This document shows, piece by piece, positions 20,837-35,315 of a DNA stretch of 64,000 bases. Positions within the stretch are counted from its first letter, which is position 1. Every line of letters starts with the position of its first letter. Where the stretch lies: assembly GCF_048593235.1 (NCBI RefSeq), contig NC_133617.1, positions 524,376,958 to 524,440,957 on the forward strand, in the 5' to 3' direction. The DNA is from Sminthopsis crassicaudata (lineage: Eukaryota). The position numbers were made by a program, and so were the translations under genes. The notes under the pieces are model-generated. The model saw nothing but the letters and a program-made list of their open reading frames with translations. It did no database searches and had not been told where the DNA came from.

Positions 20837-21371
20837 TGATGGGGGCGGTAGCCCCTTGATATTCCTTGTTTGATCTCCAACTTCCTTTGGGACTTGGACC
20901 TTTGATACAAGATCTGGTCAAACTAGTTTGGGCTATCTGAGCTGGCCAGGGTTTTACAGCCCCCCCATTCTAATCTGCTCAAACAGACCAAATGCCAGCA
21001 GGAAATTCCTTTTTGGGGAAGAGACTTCTGTCTCTACCCACAAGATAACAAGAGAATCCTTATCTTATTTACATCACTCCTCGGAACCTCCTTACATCAC
21101 TGCATCTGAATGATTGTGCTTTTGTATAAAACAGAGTCCTCAAAAATGTATTCTTTGCAAAATTGGCCTTGTACCTTGCAGCCATTTTGCCCACCGACTC
21201 TCCAGTGTATCCATTCTAATCAATAAAGACTTTGTTTCTACACAGCCTTGAGTAGCGAAATTCATTCGCTAAAGGACCCACCCATTGGGACTTTGGGAAG
21301 GAGAGAAATTATTAAACATCCTGAAAGGAACTGACCCATCTCGGTTTAAACCCTCAGTTTACTCCTCATCA
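20837..21371 (+). mobile_element. Solo ERV LTR
   Basis: tgatgggggcgg...ctcctcatca termini, TATAAAA and AATAAA, exact 4-bp TSD ATAT/ATAT. Confidence 0.85.
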
Positions 21372-22855
21372 ATATCTTTACCCTTTGCCTCTTCTTGTCT
21401 GTTTCATCCAAAACTGATTTTTAAAGTCCTCCTTTAATTTTATGTTCTTTAATAAATTATTTATAAACAACTTTCTGACCAGTTAGGGCTATTAAATATT
21501 TGAAGAGACAATGAAAGAGGGGGATTCCATTCCTAAAGAAGGGAAATATTTCAATGAAATCTGACTAAGTGGGAAGGGAGCAGGGAAGGGAGGAAGGGGA
21601 GAGAAGAGGGAAAAGGAGAAGGAGGAAAAGAGAGGATGAGGAGAAGAAAAAGGGAAAGAGAGAAAGAGGGAGAAAGAAAGCTAATTTTATTTTCCATAAA
21701 CTTTACAAGGTTTACATAAACCTTGCAAAGTCACCATCTGAAACTCATAGAAATACCTTCAGATGATGAGTATGGAAAGTCATTCCATGAAGCCAAGAAA
21801 AGCTGCTTGGTTACCTGAAAGAAATGCCTGGCAAGAATGTGGTAGGGATAGGGCAAGGGAGGGAACCAGGGGAAGGAAAGCAGAGATTAAAGAAGTAGAG
21901 AGCACAAATGCACTAAGCTCCAGTTCCAATGACTCTCTCAGTGCTCAAGATAGGACCAGCAGCTTTGTTTGAGTTAAAAGGACTGTTCTCTTTGCCCCCT
22001 GTTGGTTCAACATTTAAAAGAAAAATTCTTAGACCAGGTAATCTAGTGTTTGGTTTGAAGACGATTGTCATCAGAATTATTGAGTAGCTTTGTACTTTCT
22101 CTGAGGATCAGAGGAATTTAATGTATGGAAAGAAACAAGGACACATCACAAAGACATTTTGAATATTACATTCTTTCAGATTCTGATATGTGAAGTATCA
22201 GGGAAATTTATATCATTTTGCTAGGCCTAGTTTCTTTCAATCATGTTTTTATCCTGGGTGATTTTGGGTAAATACATGCAATGTGTTTTCATGCTACCCA
22301 AACTCATAGTGAAGTCTGATTATCTAGATGGGACTGTCTCTCAAAAGGGAGTCCTTCCACCATTTTTGTATATATACTTTTTCTCATCCTTCTCTCTGAT
22401 CCTAGACATACATGGGACCATGGGGCCATGTCAATAATTATATTAACTATTTGACATCAGGATAATTATTTGAGAATATCTTTCCTTAGTACTCCATTAA
22501 GTAACATACCAACTGGTTGGTAGGATTCTAGAAAAGAACCAGAGGTCATTGATTAACCTTTGGGTGATCTAATATTGGACTGAGAAATTAAATTATTTGC
22601 CTCTCATTTCAAATCCTCCTCACACTGTAGTTACTTGCTCTTCACCATCTTGAGTTATTTTTTTCAGATCTTGCTTTCAGGTATTTATTAAATAATATCC
22701 CTTTCTCAAATTTTAGCTAAAAAAAGATAAAGTTCTGTCTCTAACCTGCCTCTCACAATCTTTTGGAGAGAAATGGCTTTAAAATGGTGAGAAATGAACA
22801 ATAAATGATAGAATTTCAGGCATTGTAGTAAACTGAGATGAGAAATATCCCCAGG

Positions 22856-23015
22856 GGGCAACTAGGTGGCGCAGTGGATAGAGCACCAGCCCTGAATTCA
22901 GGAGGACCCCAGTTCAAATCTGGTCTCAGACACTTAACTAGCTGTGTGACCCTGGGCAAGTCACTTAACCCCAGCCTCAGGAGAAAAAAAAAGAAAAAAA
23001 GAAAAAAAAAAGAGA
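22856..23015 (+). mobile_element. Young WSINE1-like SINE with intact TSD
   Basis: gggcaactaggtggcgcagtggatagagcacc... + A-rich tail; 16-bp direct repeat gagaaatatccccagg at 22840-22855 and 23016-23031. Confidence 0.9.
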
Positions 23016-25993
23016 GAGAAATATCCCCAGGTGTTGTCCTTTTTCAAACCACACAACATCAGCAACCATCTATCAGCCTTTGTATATATAAGACACATCT
23101 TAGGACCTTGTCATCAGGTCAGGTCAAGACTGAGGACTAGCAATCAATGAAAAAAATGACAGGACTTTCCTGCACTTATTCACTCACTCATTCATTCAAG
23201 CAACAAGTATTTATGAAATAATAAGTGTTAGGTCCTGTGCCAAGTGTTGGGGACTGGGAAATACCATAGCTACAGCTGACAGTTATCTTTAGCTCCTGTT
23301 CTCTGGGCATGTTGTCAAGTGAAGCTCTGATAGCTTGATGTTTAGAACTGAAACAGAATAAGGGAGGAAATACTAAACCAGAGACAAGTGAAGAACCTGA
23401 ATGGCAGATCCAGATAGTCATGGTTCTAGCCAGGGTGATTCAAATGGCTTCCAGCTGATTTCTGGAGAAAGATCATCAACACTCCTAAAGAGACTTACAA
23501 CCATATCATATCCCTCTCACATACAAAAGGAGTCAACAAGTTCTCCTTAGTAACCCCCTACTTTCTCTACCCACCCACCACCAGACTAGAAGTAACGTTG
23601 GAATCCATTTTACAGAAGAGACTGAAGCTATGGAAAGGGTTGAGTAGCTATCCCATAGTCACATGCTAAATAGAGGAAAGATTCAAATCCAGGTTTCCAT
23701 TCTTTGTGTTTAGATAATTAGCTCTCATGTCTCTAGAACAAGAGCACGATGTTCCCTGAACAATGTTAGATATACACTAACAAATTCTTATTCTTTGACT
23801 TTCTTTCTTCCAGACTACTTGCTATCCAACCACACCCCCTCTTTTCCTGTTGTTATTTTTCACACATCATTCTTTCCAAGATTACATTTTGTTTTATATA
23901 CTTAATATAAATGCAAATTGGTATCTAATTCTTGGTGGGGTTTAGCTGACACCCTACATTTGGAAAGCACCCTATTCTTATCGCTATTCACAAACATCTC
24001 CAAGAGTGGGTTGTTTCTATGGTTGGCTAATCCCATTCTTTTTTGTTCATTCTTATTAGCTTCAGTTTCAGAGTATGACATTTCCTGACTTTATTCCCTG
24101 ATTTGGCCCTACGTGTGGCCCTGTTTGAAGCCTGAGGTGTCCTGTGCATTGTCAGTTCAGATTGGTTATGTGGAACATCTAATCTACTTGCCTCATTTAA
24201 AAATGAGGAAACCAAGCTTCAGAAATATGAAGTCACTTGCCTAAGGTTATATATCTGCTTCATAATAATAACTGATATATAGATTTAAATTTAAATTTGC
24301 AAAGTATTTAATGTACATAATTTTATTTATAACTTACAAGGAAGGTATTTCTCCTCCATTTCATACATGAAGAGAATTTTAGTAATTTGTTCATGGTTAT
24401 AACTTTTGGACATAAGGATTTGAATCCAGGTCTTCCTGACTTTGAGTTCGATACTCTATCCAAAGCATCACTATGTCTCTCAGTCATGTAAGAAAAAACC
24501 TCCTGACTGAATCAGGTAAATTTTTCAATAGCTGACACTTGAAGAGAATGAAATAAAATTGAGTCCTAGCCAGCAAACCAGATTCTTTGGTTAGAATTTC
24601 AAAAATAAAGTGGACATGGCTGAGGGGTTGTGGAGTGCCTGAAGGCAGTGACTGGGAGAAGAAACATTAAGGTCAACAATCACCTTAACTCTATCAGTTC
24701 TTTAGGAGTGTTGAGTTTCAGAAAAAAAATTGAGTCAAGAGATCTGGATTTTATCCAGTCTTGGCTCTGCTCCTAACCAAGTGGATAACTTTTGGCTTTT
24801 CAAGTCCTTACTCTTTATTTCAGTCTTTTATTCTATAATCTGCCCATCCACAGGTGAGCTAACAGCATCATAGCAGCTATTCAATGAATGCATGACAAAT
24901 CTAGTTAATGTTTATTAGATGAATTTTAACTGATAGCTCAAGGTGTTTTTGTATTATTATAACAAAAAATTCTAGGGAGCTGAAAAGCCTTTTGGACTTT
25001 TTTCTGGCAGATCTAGTGGTGAAATCTCAAGCACCATGACAGGAAGTGGGGGAGACAATTTTGGGTGGAGACTGGACAAACTTTTGGCACCTTTCAAAAC
25101 CATACAATATTGGTTCTTCCCACAACTAAAGCTGGTGCTTATTAAAGGAAAAGGAGGGGAGGGACATGGAGGAAAACACAAATGGTGCTCAAACCTGAGC
25201 CATCTGGCTCTGAGATCAGCTGACCACACCCAGTGTTCATAGATGCAGACAAAAAACATTTCCTGGTCAGGATCCTTAATGTACCCACTCTACCACAAAA
25301 GACACAACTCAGCCAATGTGTGGCAAGGGGCTTCAGCTGGTGTCTCTGAGGGGAAGTGAATCAAATAAGCTAGCCCAGATGTTACTACGATATAACAATC
25401 AGCAAGATTTTTTTTTAAGACAATTTTCTATGTTCCCAGCTATGGGTCCATTAAATAGATGACATGATTATTGTCTTTGACATTCTTTTTAAAAAAAATT
25501 TTATTGATATATTTTATTTCTATATTATCTTCATTTCTAAATATGACCCTTCCCACTCCCCTATACAGCAAACCATCCTTTGAAACAAGGAAATAAAACA
25601 AGAAGAGATTGGGGAATGACCAAATAATTGTGGTATCTTATTACTGTATTGTAAGGATTTTACCGTACTGTAAGAAATGAACATAAAGAATTCAAAGAAA
25701 CATAGAAACACATGAAATGATAAAAAATGAGGCAAGCAGAGTGAGGAAAACAATATACATAATAAGTAAAACAATGTGGATGAAAAGAACAACTACTACA
25801 AAGCAACTTAAAGTCAATGTTGTTAAATTATACAGAAAATATCTAAGAAGACACTTTTCCTATCTCAACTTTCTTCCTTTGTCAGAGGCTGAGATTCATG
25901 AGTATGGAACAGCTTATATAACATTAAATTTTTCCAAAGTGTTGATTGATTTTTATTGATTTCTCCCCAATCTCCCTTCCTCCCTCCCTTTAT

Positions 25994-26134
25994 NNNNNNN
26001 NNNNNNNNNNNNNNNNNNNNNNNNNNNNNNNNNNNNNNNNNNNNNNNNNNNNNNNNNNNNNNNNNNNNNNNNNNNNNNNNNNNNNNNNNNNNNNNNNNNN
26101 NNNNNNNNNNNNNNNNNNNNNNNNNNNNNNNNNN
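25994..26134. other. Assembly gap (N run)
   Basis: 141 N. Confidence 1.
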
Positions 26135-28351
26135 GGACAAATCTTTGAAGGAAAGAGGGGAAGGATATAGGGGGAAGTATAAGTTATATAAAAATAAAAG
26201 AGATTAAGAAAATCTGTTTTTAAACAAAAAAGGGAACAAAGGAATTAAACAAAACTAACCAAAGCATCAACTAATTCTGAAATATAAGCAGTATTCCAAT
26301 GTTTCCCCAACACTACAAGAAGCATTTATTTCATCTCTTCTTTAAGACCAAGCTTAGTTAAAATTAAACAACATCAATTTTCTCTTACAAAAAAAATTTC
26401 CATTTATATTTCTTTAGTCGCTATATCACTGAAATTCAAATACCAACTCATCATTTCTGTCATTCCACTGTTACAAATTTACACAAATTATTTCATATAA
26501 CCCTTAGAAAACCTGTTTAGGTAAATAGCTAATAGGGACAGTAGGTGGTACTATGGACAGAGTGCCAACTCTGGAATCAAGAGAATCTGAGTTCAAATCT
26601 AGCCTACCATGCTTGCTAGTTGTGTAACCCTAGGCAAGTCACTTAACTCCAATTTTCTTTAAAAAAAGGTAAATAACTAATTATCCCCATTTTGTTGTTG
26701 TTGTTTGGTCATTTCAATCTTGTTGGACTCTTCCTGACCTCATTTGGGTGGGTTTTTTTGTTTTTGGGTTTTTTTTGGCAAAAAATACTGAGTAGTTTGC
26801 CATTTCCTTCTCCAGCTCATTTTGTAGATGAAGAAACTAAGACAAATAGGGTTAAGTGATTTGCCCAGGGTCACAAGCTAATAATTCTTTGAGGACAGAT
26901 TTAGATTCAAGAAAATGAATCTTCCTCATTTTAAGCTCAGCACTTTGTTCACTGTACTACCTAGCTATTTCTAAATTGTTGTTCTAAATTTCAGTTGTGT
27001 CCAACTTTTCATGACCCAATTTGCTGTTTTCTTGGCAAAGATACTGTAGTGATTTGCCATTTCCTTTTCCATCTCACTTAATAGATGAAAAAACTGAGTT
27101 TCAGAGAAAATAAGAGACTTACCTAATGCCATATAACCTTTTAGGCGCAAATCAAAATTAAACTCTTAAGTCTCCTTAATCCCAGCCAAGGATGGTTATG
27201 ATTACAGTGGAAATTCTGCAATTCACCTCATCAAATGATTATCCCAGAAGTCCTCATTGTTTTTTTTTTTTTTATTGTTTTCTTTCTTTCCCCTGGTTAT
27301 ACATGTACATTAAAAATTTTAAATACACACTTCTTTATGAATCACATTGGATGAAAAATCAGAACAAAAGGGAAAAATCATGAGAGAAAATAAAAACAGA
27401 AGAGAAAGGAAAAAAAAATAAACATAGCATGTGTTAATTTACATGCAGTCTCCAAAAAGTCCTAATTGTAGAAGCACTTCTTGTGTTGCTGGTTTGGGTG
27501 GCAGATAGGACAGATAATGGTTGAAACACTGATTTGCAGCCATCTGATGGTAGAAAGAAAACATCATTTACATTATGTATAAACTGAAGGATTGGCCTTG
27601 TGCAAAATGAGAGGCATTTGGAAGACTAAAAATGAGAGGTCTTTGGGATTGACTGAAGATATTAACAACCAGACTGTTTTAAACACTTGAATTTCCACCA
27701 TTAACAATAATACTTCACTTATGTTTAATAGTGTAAATATAAGAAGAGTTTCCTGAGCAATGTGAAGCTACATGTAGGTTATCTCCCACTGGAAAAAAGT
27801 TCAATAATGCTCTCGGCAGTAGGCCATGACTGAATCAGACCAGCCCTATGATACAGGTTCTGATTTGGAATAAAAGGAGATACTTTTAGATCATCTAACA
27901 GTCAACAAAAAGTACTTAGTCATTTCCCAGAAGGCAGTTTGATTTATTTGAGTGCAGCTTTTCTACTTTTATGTTGGCCACAGAGGCTTTTGTGAAGCCT
28001 GAAGGAGGCTACTGACTCTTCATCATCTCATCTGTTCATTACCCCATGATGACTTTTACACTTAGGCAACTGAAAAGTTATATCAGTGGTTTGAATCTTA
28101 GTCCTTTGAAAAAACTATCCTAATCTATATGGGGTAGATGATTCTTCTATGATACATTGGTCCTTTGCAACAATATTCTAGAGATCTTCTAGAAAATCTT
28201 CCATTTCTTAATTATCTCAGAACGATTACTGGATAACCCTGAACTGAGGATGTGAAAAGCCTAGGATAAACAGCACTGTAAGAGATAGGGGAAAAAAAAC
28301 TGAAGCAAGTTAACCAACCAGTCAATTAACACTTCCCCTTCCTAAACAGCA

Positions 28352-28402
28352 AAAACAAACAAACAAACAAACAAACAAACAAACAAACAAACAAACAAAC
28401 AA
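28352..28402. repeat. (AAAC)n microsatellite
   Basis: About 12 tandem AAAC units. Confidence 0.95.
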
Positions 28403-28859
28403 AAGCAGTGCACTTGTCCCCTGAAGAAATGTCAGGAGAATGAAGACCAGAAATACCAGACTTAAAATCCTATTAATATTGTAGATCACACTTGATGCAG
28501 GCCAATCAATGATTCAAGTTGGGACCAATTCACAATTCTATTAATAATGTGCCTATGTGCCTATATTTTCACAGTTCCTCCAATGATTGTCACTTTTCTT
28601 TTTGGTTATCTTTGTCAATCTGATGGATATGAAGCTTGACCTCAGAATTGTTTTATTTATTTTTTTTTAATTAGATTTTGAGCATTTTTCTTATGACTGT
28701 TGGGTTCCCTTTTTTGAGAACTGCCTATTCATATCTTTTGACCACTTATTTATTGGAGAATGGCTCTCTTTTTTTGTGTAATGGTTCAAAAGTCTTAGTG
28801 TAGATTTAAGCTTTAAAAGTTTTTCTGATCAACTCTGATGGATGTAGTTCTTTTCAACA

Positions 28860-30010
28860 ATAAGGTGATTCAGACCAATTCCAATAGGTAGAGGTAGAGA
28901 GCCATCTGTATAGAGAAACTGGGGAATGAATGTGAATAGTATTTTCACTTTTGTTGTTATTGTTTGCTTGCCTTTTTTTTTCTTCTCATTTTTTTCTTTT
29001 TTATCTGATTTTTCTTATGTAGCATAATAAATGTGGAAATATGTATGGAAGAATTGCACATGATTAAAATATATTGGATTATTTGCTATTTAAGGGGGAA
29101 GGGGAGGGGCAGGGAGAAAAATTTGGAACACAAAGTTTTGCAAGGGTGAATGTTGAATACTATCTTTGCATGTGTTTTGAAAATAAAAGCTATTTTTCAA
29201 AAAGCTTATCTGAATTATCCCCTCACTCACATCAGATTGGCTAACATGACAGAAAAGAAATGATAAGTGTTGGAGGAGATAAGGGAAAAGAAGAGCTGTT
29301 GATAGAGTGATAAACCATTCTGGAGAATGATTCAGAACTATGCCCAAAGTGCAATAAAACTATGCATACCCTTTGACCCAGCAATACCACTACTAGGACA
29401 ACTATCTCTTAATACTATCTCCTAACTACAATTCCTCAAGAAGAACAATAAAAAAAGGGAAAAAAAATACCCATATATATCATCTATAGCAGCTCTTTTT
29501 GTGGTGGCAAAGAATTGGAAATTGAGGAGATGTTCATCAATTAGGGAATAATTAAACAAATTATGGTATATGAATTAGGATGGAATACTTATTGTGCTGT
29601 AAGAAATGATAAAATGGATAGTTTTAGAAAAACTTGAGAAGACTTAAATTACTGATGAAAAGTGAAGTGAGCAGAACCAGGAGAATAATCTATAGAATAA
29701 CAATAATATTGTGAAAATAATTAACTGTGAAGGACTTAGTAACTTTAATTAATACAGTGATCTACCTCAATTTCAAAAGAATCATAATGTAAAATGCTAT
29801 CCATCTCCAGACAGAAAAGTAATGGAGTCAGAGTACAGACTGAAGAGGATTTTTTCTTTCCTTGTTTTTTGGTCTTTTTCAGAATACCAAAATATGTTTT
29901 CTGTAACTTCATATATATAGTGGTTATCATATTTCTTGCTTTTTTCAGTGGGTTGGCAGGGTGGAAGGAGAGAGAAAATGTGGAACTGAAAATAAAAATG
30001 AAATTTTAAA
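28860..30010 (+). mobile_element. Degraded marsupial L1 3' end / 3' UTR fragments
   Basis: Shares motifs (catgactttgacccagc-like, gcagctctttttgtggtggcaaagaattggaa, gaattgcacatg...aataaaagct) with L1 copies at 38220-39882 and 60522-61380; boundaries approximate. Confidence 0.65.
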
Positions 30011-33000
30011 AACCTTTAATAGTTTAAATCTTCACTAAGACTTTTAAAATATCCTGAATATTTGGATCAATTCTTTATATCTCTTGGATATCAGGTCTTT
30101 ATCACAGAGATTTGCTGCAGAAATTTCCCCTTCATTTAGCCTTTTTCCTTCTAATTTTAATTACATTAATTTTTATAGTACTTTTCAATTTAAGTAATCA
30201 AAACAATAAATTTTCTTTTTTGTGAGTCTTCCTATCCCTTCTTTAGTCACAAACTCTTCCATTATCCATAGCTGAAGAATTCATTTTCTTTCTTACTCCC
30301 TCTAATTTGTTTATGATTTAATCTTTTCTATCTAGGATGTGTATCTACTTAGCCTTATTGTGGTAGATTGTGTGAGATCTTGGTCTGTATCTAATTTCTG
30401 CCAAACTATCCTCCAGTTTTCCTAGAAGTTAAAAAAAAAATTAGTGAGTCCTTATACCAGTACATGTCTTTTTGTTGTTAGAAACTCCTAGTTGATGGCT
30501 CACTTAAAATTTCTGTTTTTTCTTTTATCTGTTTCTCTTTTTGTTTATTGGTTTTCTAAACTTTTTTAGTTGCTTGCCTACTTTTTGCTCTTTTTCCTCT
30601 TTTTTTGATGATGCAAATGTTTAAAGATATGAAGTTTCCCCTAAGTATTAAAAAAGTAAACAAGTCAGCAATTGCTCTTTCCACTATAGTGAAGTGCTTC
30701 TCCTAAACAAAATACCACAATTCATCCCATCATATTTAGCCATTCTTAAGGTGTACAAGTAAGTTGAATACTTGGGGGAAAAAATACAAAATAAGCATTA
30801 GCCACCAAACTAGGTGTGTAGCTTTGGCAAACAAGCATGATTTATCACTTCAGATTTTCAAGGTAATTATTTCTGGTATTTTATTCACGGTTCTTTGCCC
30901 AGTCTAGGTTATCTGTCACCTGGTAAACAAGTGTCTGGGCTACAGTTTCATGATCCAAACAGCTCTGCTTTCCATATGTGTATTTAGTTGGAAAAAAAAA
31001 GCATAGCGTAATAAGAGACATACCAAACCCAACCCTTATGAGCATTGGCAGATGCAATTCCCAAGAGGACTTTGTAAAATACACAAACATTTTTTTTAAC
31101 TATTTTTGGTCCACTAACCATGTGATAAAAGAATGGACTTTTGAGTGGCTACTGAATTAGAACTAAAGTCCACTCAAAAGGTACTAAGTGTCTAAAGTAA
31201 GCCTCTTTCCCCGTTTTCCCTGACTGTTTCAAGTGAGAAAAATGTGCTATAAACTTCTGAGTAACTAGAGAGGCCTCAGGGCCTACACAACTGGGGCAAC
31301 ATGTGACTCCTGCATACAGGGCTCTTTTCTGCTTCTGATTTTTCATTTTAGATGGAAAAAAAAAATCTTAGAAATCACTATAACCTTGTGTGCTTCAAAA
31401 GGTTATAATGACAAGTTGTTAAAAGCTCAGAATCCAGAATCCAGGCCAGTTTTTATTAGCATTTAATCTGGATAAGGTGCCAGTAACAGGAGCACAAAGG
31501 TAGGCAAGGATACTACTCACCAAGCCCCTATACTACATTCAGACTGTGAACTTGAGGGGGCAAATGACTTGTAGGAATTGCTTTAAAATTGAATCCACTC
31601 TTACCAGAAATAGAGGTGATTGATAGGGAGTAAAATGTGCCTCCAGTCCAGGGGAATGATTTGTATTCTTCATGTTATACCTTCTCAGTAAATTTCCTTT
31701 TGTAAAAATTAATTGATGCTATCTAGAATGAAAAGATATCAGGGCACTAATCATTAGCAATTAACATTGGCATTAAAGAAAACCTTACTGTCCCTTGGAG
31801 TACTCCTAGAATATTTTTTTTCAAGTTAATCAGAGTTAAGTGTGCCTAGTAAATGTCAAGTGTTTTAGGCTAGATTTGAAAGATCAATGCTGTATCCAAT
31901 GTGCAAACTAGCTACTCATCCCTAGAATCTTAAACAGAAGATGTAGTCAGAATCTGGTGAAATAACCTGCTATTTTCCATGTGGACTGGGAGAACAAAGT
32001 CCAGAGTATTTAACTGAAATAGTAGCATTGAATGTTAGAGTGATTTTGAACTCATCTAGTTCAATTTTCTCATGGGAAAATTGAATTCCTGAGAAGTTGA
32101 AAGAGTTATCTAAATTTCATTTTAAGTTTTTTTTCTCCTCAAACAGAACTCTATTAAAGCATAGCATTTATCAGAGAGAAATTAATATGTATAGACATGA
32201 TACACAATACAATATTTTTCCAATTTTTATTCTTAATTTAATGAAGATTTAAAAACCTTTATACAAAATAAAATAGAAAAGGATTGTGCATGAAAACACA
32301 AACATCTATAATAATTTTGTTGTTCAGTTGTTTTAGTATGTGTGATTCTTTGTGATCCCATTTGGAGTTTTCTTGGCAAAGAACTGAAGTGTTTGGTATT
32401 TTCTTTTCCAACTCAGTTTACAGTTGAGGAAACTAAGGCAAATAGAGTGAATTGATTTGCCCAGGGTTGCATAGCTAGTAAGTGTCTAAGGTCAAGACTT
32501 GAATTCAGGTCTTTCTGATTCCAGGACAGAGCACTATCCACTGTGCCACCTATCTGCCCAAACTCTATTACCATAGAGATTGCCTTTTTTTTTTTTTAAG
32601 TATATTTTTGTGGGTTTTTTTTTTTAAATCTGATTTTTCTTGTGCAGCATGGTAAATATGGAAATATGTTTAGAAGAATTGCACATGTTTAATCTATATT
32701 GTATTACTTGCTGTGTAGGAGGAAAGGGAGGAAGAAAAATTTGAAACACAAGATTTTGCAGGAGTGAATGATGAAAACTATCTTTGCATGTATTTTGAAA
32801 AATAAAAGCTATTATTGTTATTATTTAAAAAGCATATCATAAATTCAATGTTACTTTTACAGTTGTCCTGAAAGCAACATTTTAATTACATAACCATTTA
32901 AAATAGAACATAATAATATTCAAAATGTATATAAAGTAATTTCTCCACAGAGGACAAGATGTCTTCAGGAAGTTCCTAAAGAGAACTTTAGGCAGTGTGG

Positions 33001-33096
33001 GATATAGATGGAGTTAGGAATTAGGTTCAGATCCAACCTCTAATAATATATAGACTATGTGAAGCTGGACAAGTCATTTCAGTGCTCAAAGCAACT

Positions 33097-33253
33097 TTTT
33101 TTGTTTGTTTGTTTTTCCCTGAGGTAATTGGGGTTAAGTGACTTGCCCAGGGTCACACAGCTAGGAAGTGCTAAGTGCTAAGAGATCACATTTGAACTCA
33201 GGTCCTCCTGACTTCAGGGCTGGTGTTCTATCCACTGTGCCACCTAGCTGTCC
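33097..33253 (-). mobile_element. WSINE1-like SINE
   Basis: T-rich tail followed by the reverse complement of the SINE body ending ccactgtgccacctagctgtccc. Confidence 0.8.
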
Positions 33254-34579
33254 CACAAAGCAACTTTCAAAGGCTATAAATATAAATATCAGAGAAACTA
33301 TTCACCTGTATTGTTAGATGTGGTTTCTCATCAGAAGCTTACTACACCAATTAAAGCACAGGTTTTGTTCCTATCCTAGTTGTTCCCATCTCTATCTTAC
33401 CAAAAAGATGCTATAGCAATGCACTAACACTTATCATTTAGAATTAGTTTCTCAGATTTGATTCTGTTACTTTACAAGTTCCTAAGAAAATGGGTCACAG
33501 AACATGTAAGATCATGAGACTGGATATTAAGTTCCTAGTTTCAGTTCTGCTACATAATAATGATAGCTGACTTTTATATAGCATTTGTCCGTAGTCATAT
33601 ACTAGATAATACTGTGGTTATTCGGTTATTTCAGTTATGTTGTAGTCTTTGTGACCTCATTTGGGATTTTCTGGGTAGAAATACTGGAGGGATTTGCCAT
33701 TTTTTACAGCTTTTTACAGATGAGGAAATTGAGGCAAACAGGGTGAAGTTATGTGTCCAGGGTCAGCTAGTAAGGGTTTAAGGTCAGATTTCAACGACTC
33801 CAAATTTGGCTCTATCCACTGTGCCACTTAGCCATTCCAACAGCCAGTACACAAGCATTTTTAAGTACCTCCTCTGATTCAGGCATGGATCTAACCCACA
33901 TTTCCATAATACCACTGGAGTTTAGAGGCTAAATAACTTGACCAAGATTACAACTAGCTATGTGATATTGGGGAAATCTTTTCTGGGTTTCTGGTTCCTT
34001 CTTTGCAGAATTTTGTAAGATGGATTGATGGCGTCTAAAGGGTCTTTTATAATTCAAAGTTTTGATGAGGGGAATGAATCAAGAAAGGTCCAAAGCAGGA
34101 GGCACTGTTCAGGAGGAGAGGCCCCAAAACATTCCCAGTGGGAGATCCTGGGAATCTGGGAATAAAGCCAGGAACATGAGGGCCCTGGATGCCTGAGGAG
34201 TTAGGGTGCTGAAAAGGGTGGTGGTGATGGTGGTGTTGAAGACAAACTGCTTGTTGCACAATTGTTCTTCTCTTGCCACCCCACCCTCCGACAGAAACCA
34301 CAGCACCACCTCCCCATTCCTAGAACAATATACAAAACAAGGAGAGATGAAAGGAACAGATAGTTCTTCTAATCCTGATCCTTCTGCTGATGTAAGATTT
34401 GGATCTTTTCCCAAATCTCCTCTTCACCACTACCCCCTGCCCCATGTGTTTTTGACTTTACTGTAACGCCTTATATTTCCTAGACAAAAATAAATTATCA
34501 CTTTTTAAAAATCTGGTATCTAAACTCCATGTTCTAAAGCTTATAGAGATCAGGGAGATAGATCAATATCTTTAGATAG

Positions 34580-35315
34580 TGATACTTGAGGATTAGATAT
34601 ATAGTATATAGCTGAGTATCTGTACCTTAATTCTTAATTCCACTGATAAGTCAGGTATTAAGAGTTTGACTATGTACACTTCCCCCCCAAAGGTTCTAAG
34701 AGGGCAATCTTAAGAGATAGGGGGTGATTAAAGCCATTGGCTTGAATTCCTACCTGGGTGCTTAATCCTCTAACATTACCATTTGAAAATAAACTTTAGT
34801 CAATTAGCTTTAAATAAGGAATATTTAGTAAATTAGCACAACAAGAATAGTTGGGATAAGTAACCCTAAAAGTTTGATACCCTCTTCCACAAATATATAG
34901 AGTTCAGGGGAAAAGTGGGATCAAGTTCACTGACTATATGTGAAAGGGGTCATTCCAGGGGTTTGTCCCAGCCTCCATTCTGACTTGCTTGGTCTGCCCA
35001 GCGCTGACTGGTTCTGATCTGCTTGGGCTTCCCAACCCCCACTAAGACACTCAATATAATAAGCTTCCATCAACTAAAGTCTGTGCAGATGGATCTTGGT
35101 AGCTCCCTTTTTGCTGCCAGGACTTTCTGTCTAATGAGAATTGCATTCTCAGTGCAAAACTCCATTTTTCATAGATCTGCCATTATAGAAATCAGTCTCT
35201 GCTTAAACTGATTTCTATCTAACAATAAATTTTCATTTTGCAACTAATATTCGGGAATGAGTGAATTCTTTCACTCCTAAAACCTGCGACCAATTTAAAG
35301 GGGATTCTTAATAAC
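34580..35315 (+). mobile_element. Probable solo LTR
   Basis: LTR-like composition with TATA-like and AATAAA motifs; termini and TSD not cleanly resolved. Confidence 0.45.

Noticed and set aside
22856-23015. tRNA gene-like A/B boxes
   Set aside because: They belong to tRNA-derived CORE-SINEs with A tails and TSDs; no cloverleaf. No rRNA, CRISPR or true tRNA genes were seen in the window.
24972-25259. Opposite-strand ORF pair (95 aa and 68 aa)
   Set aside because: No domain motifs; I looked for a second protease paralog here and found no WPW, Cys or GDSGG-like pattern.
34047-34466. Several overlapping 84-101 aa ORFs in a GC-richer patch
   Set aside because: ORFs on both strands with low-complexity content (CAC/GTG runs) and no recognisable homology or exon boundaries.
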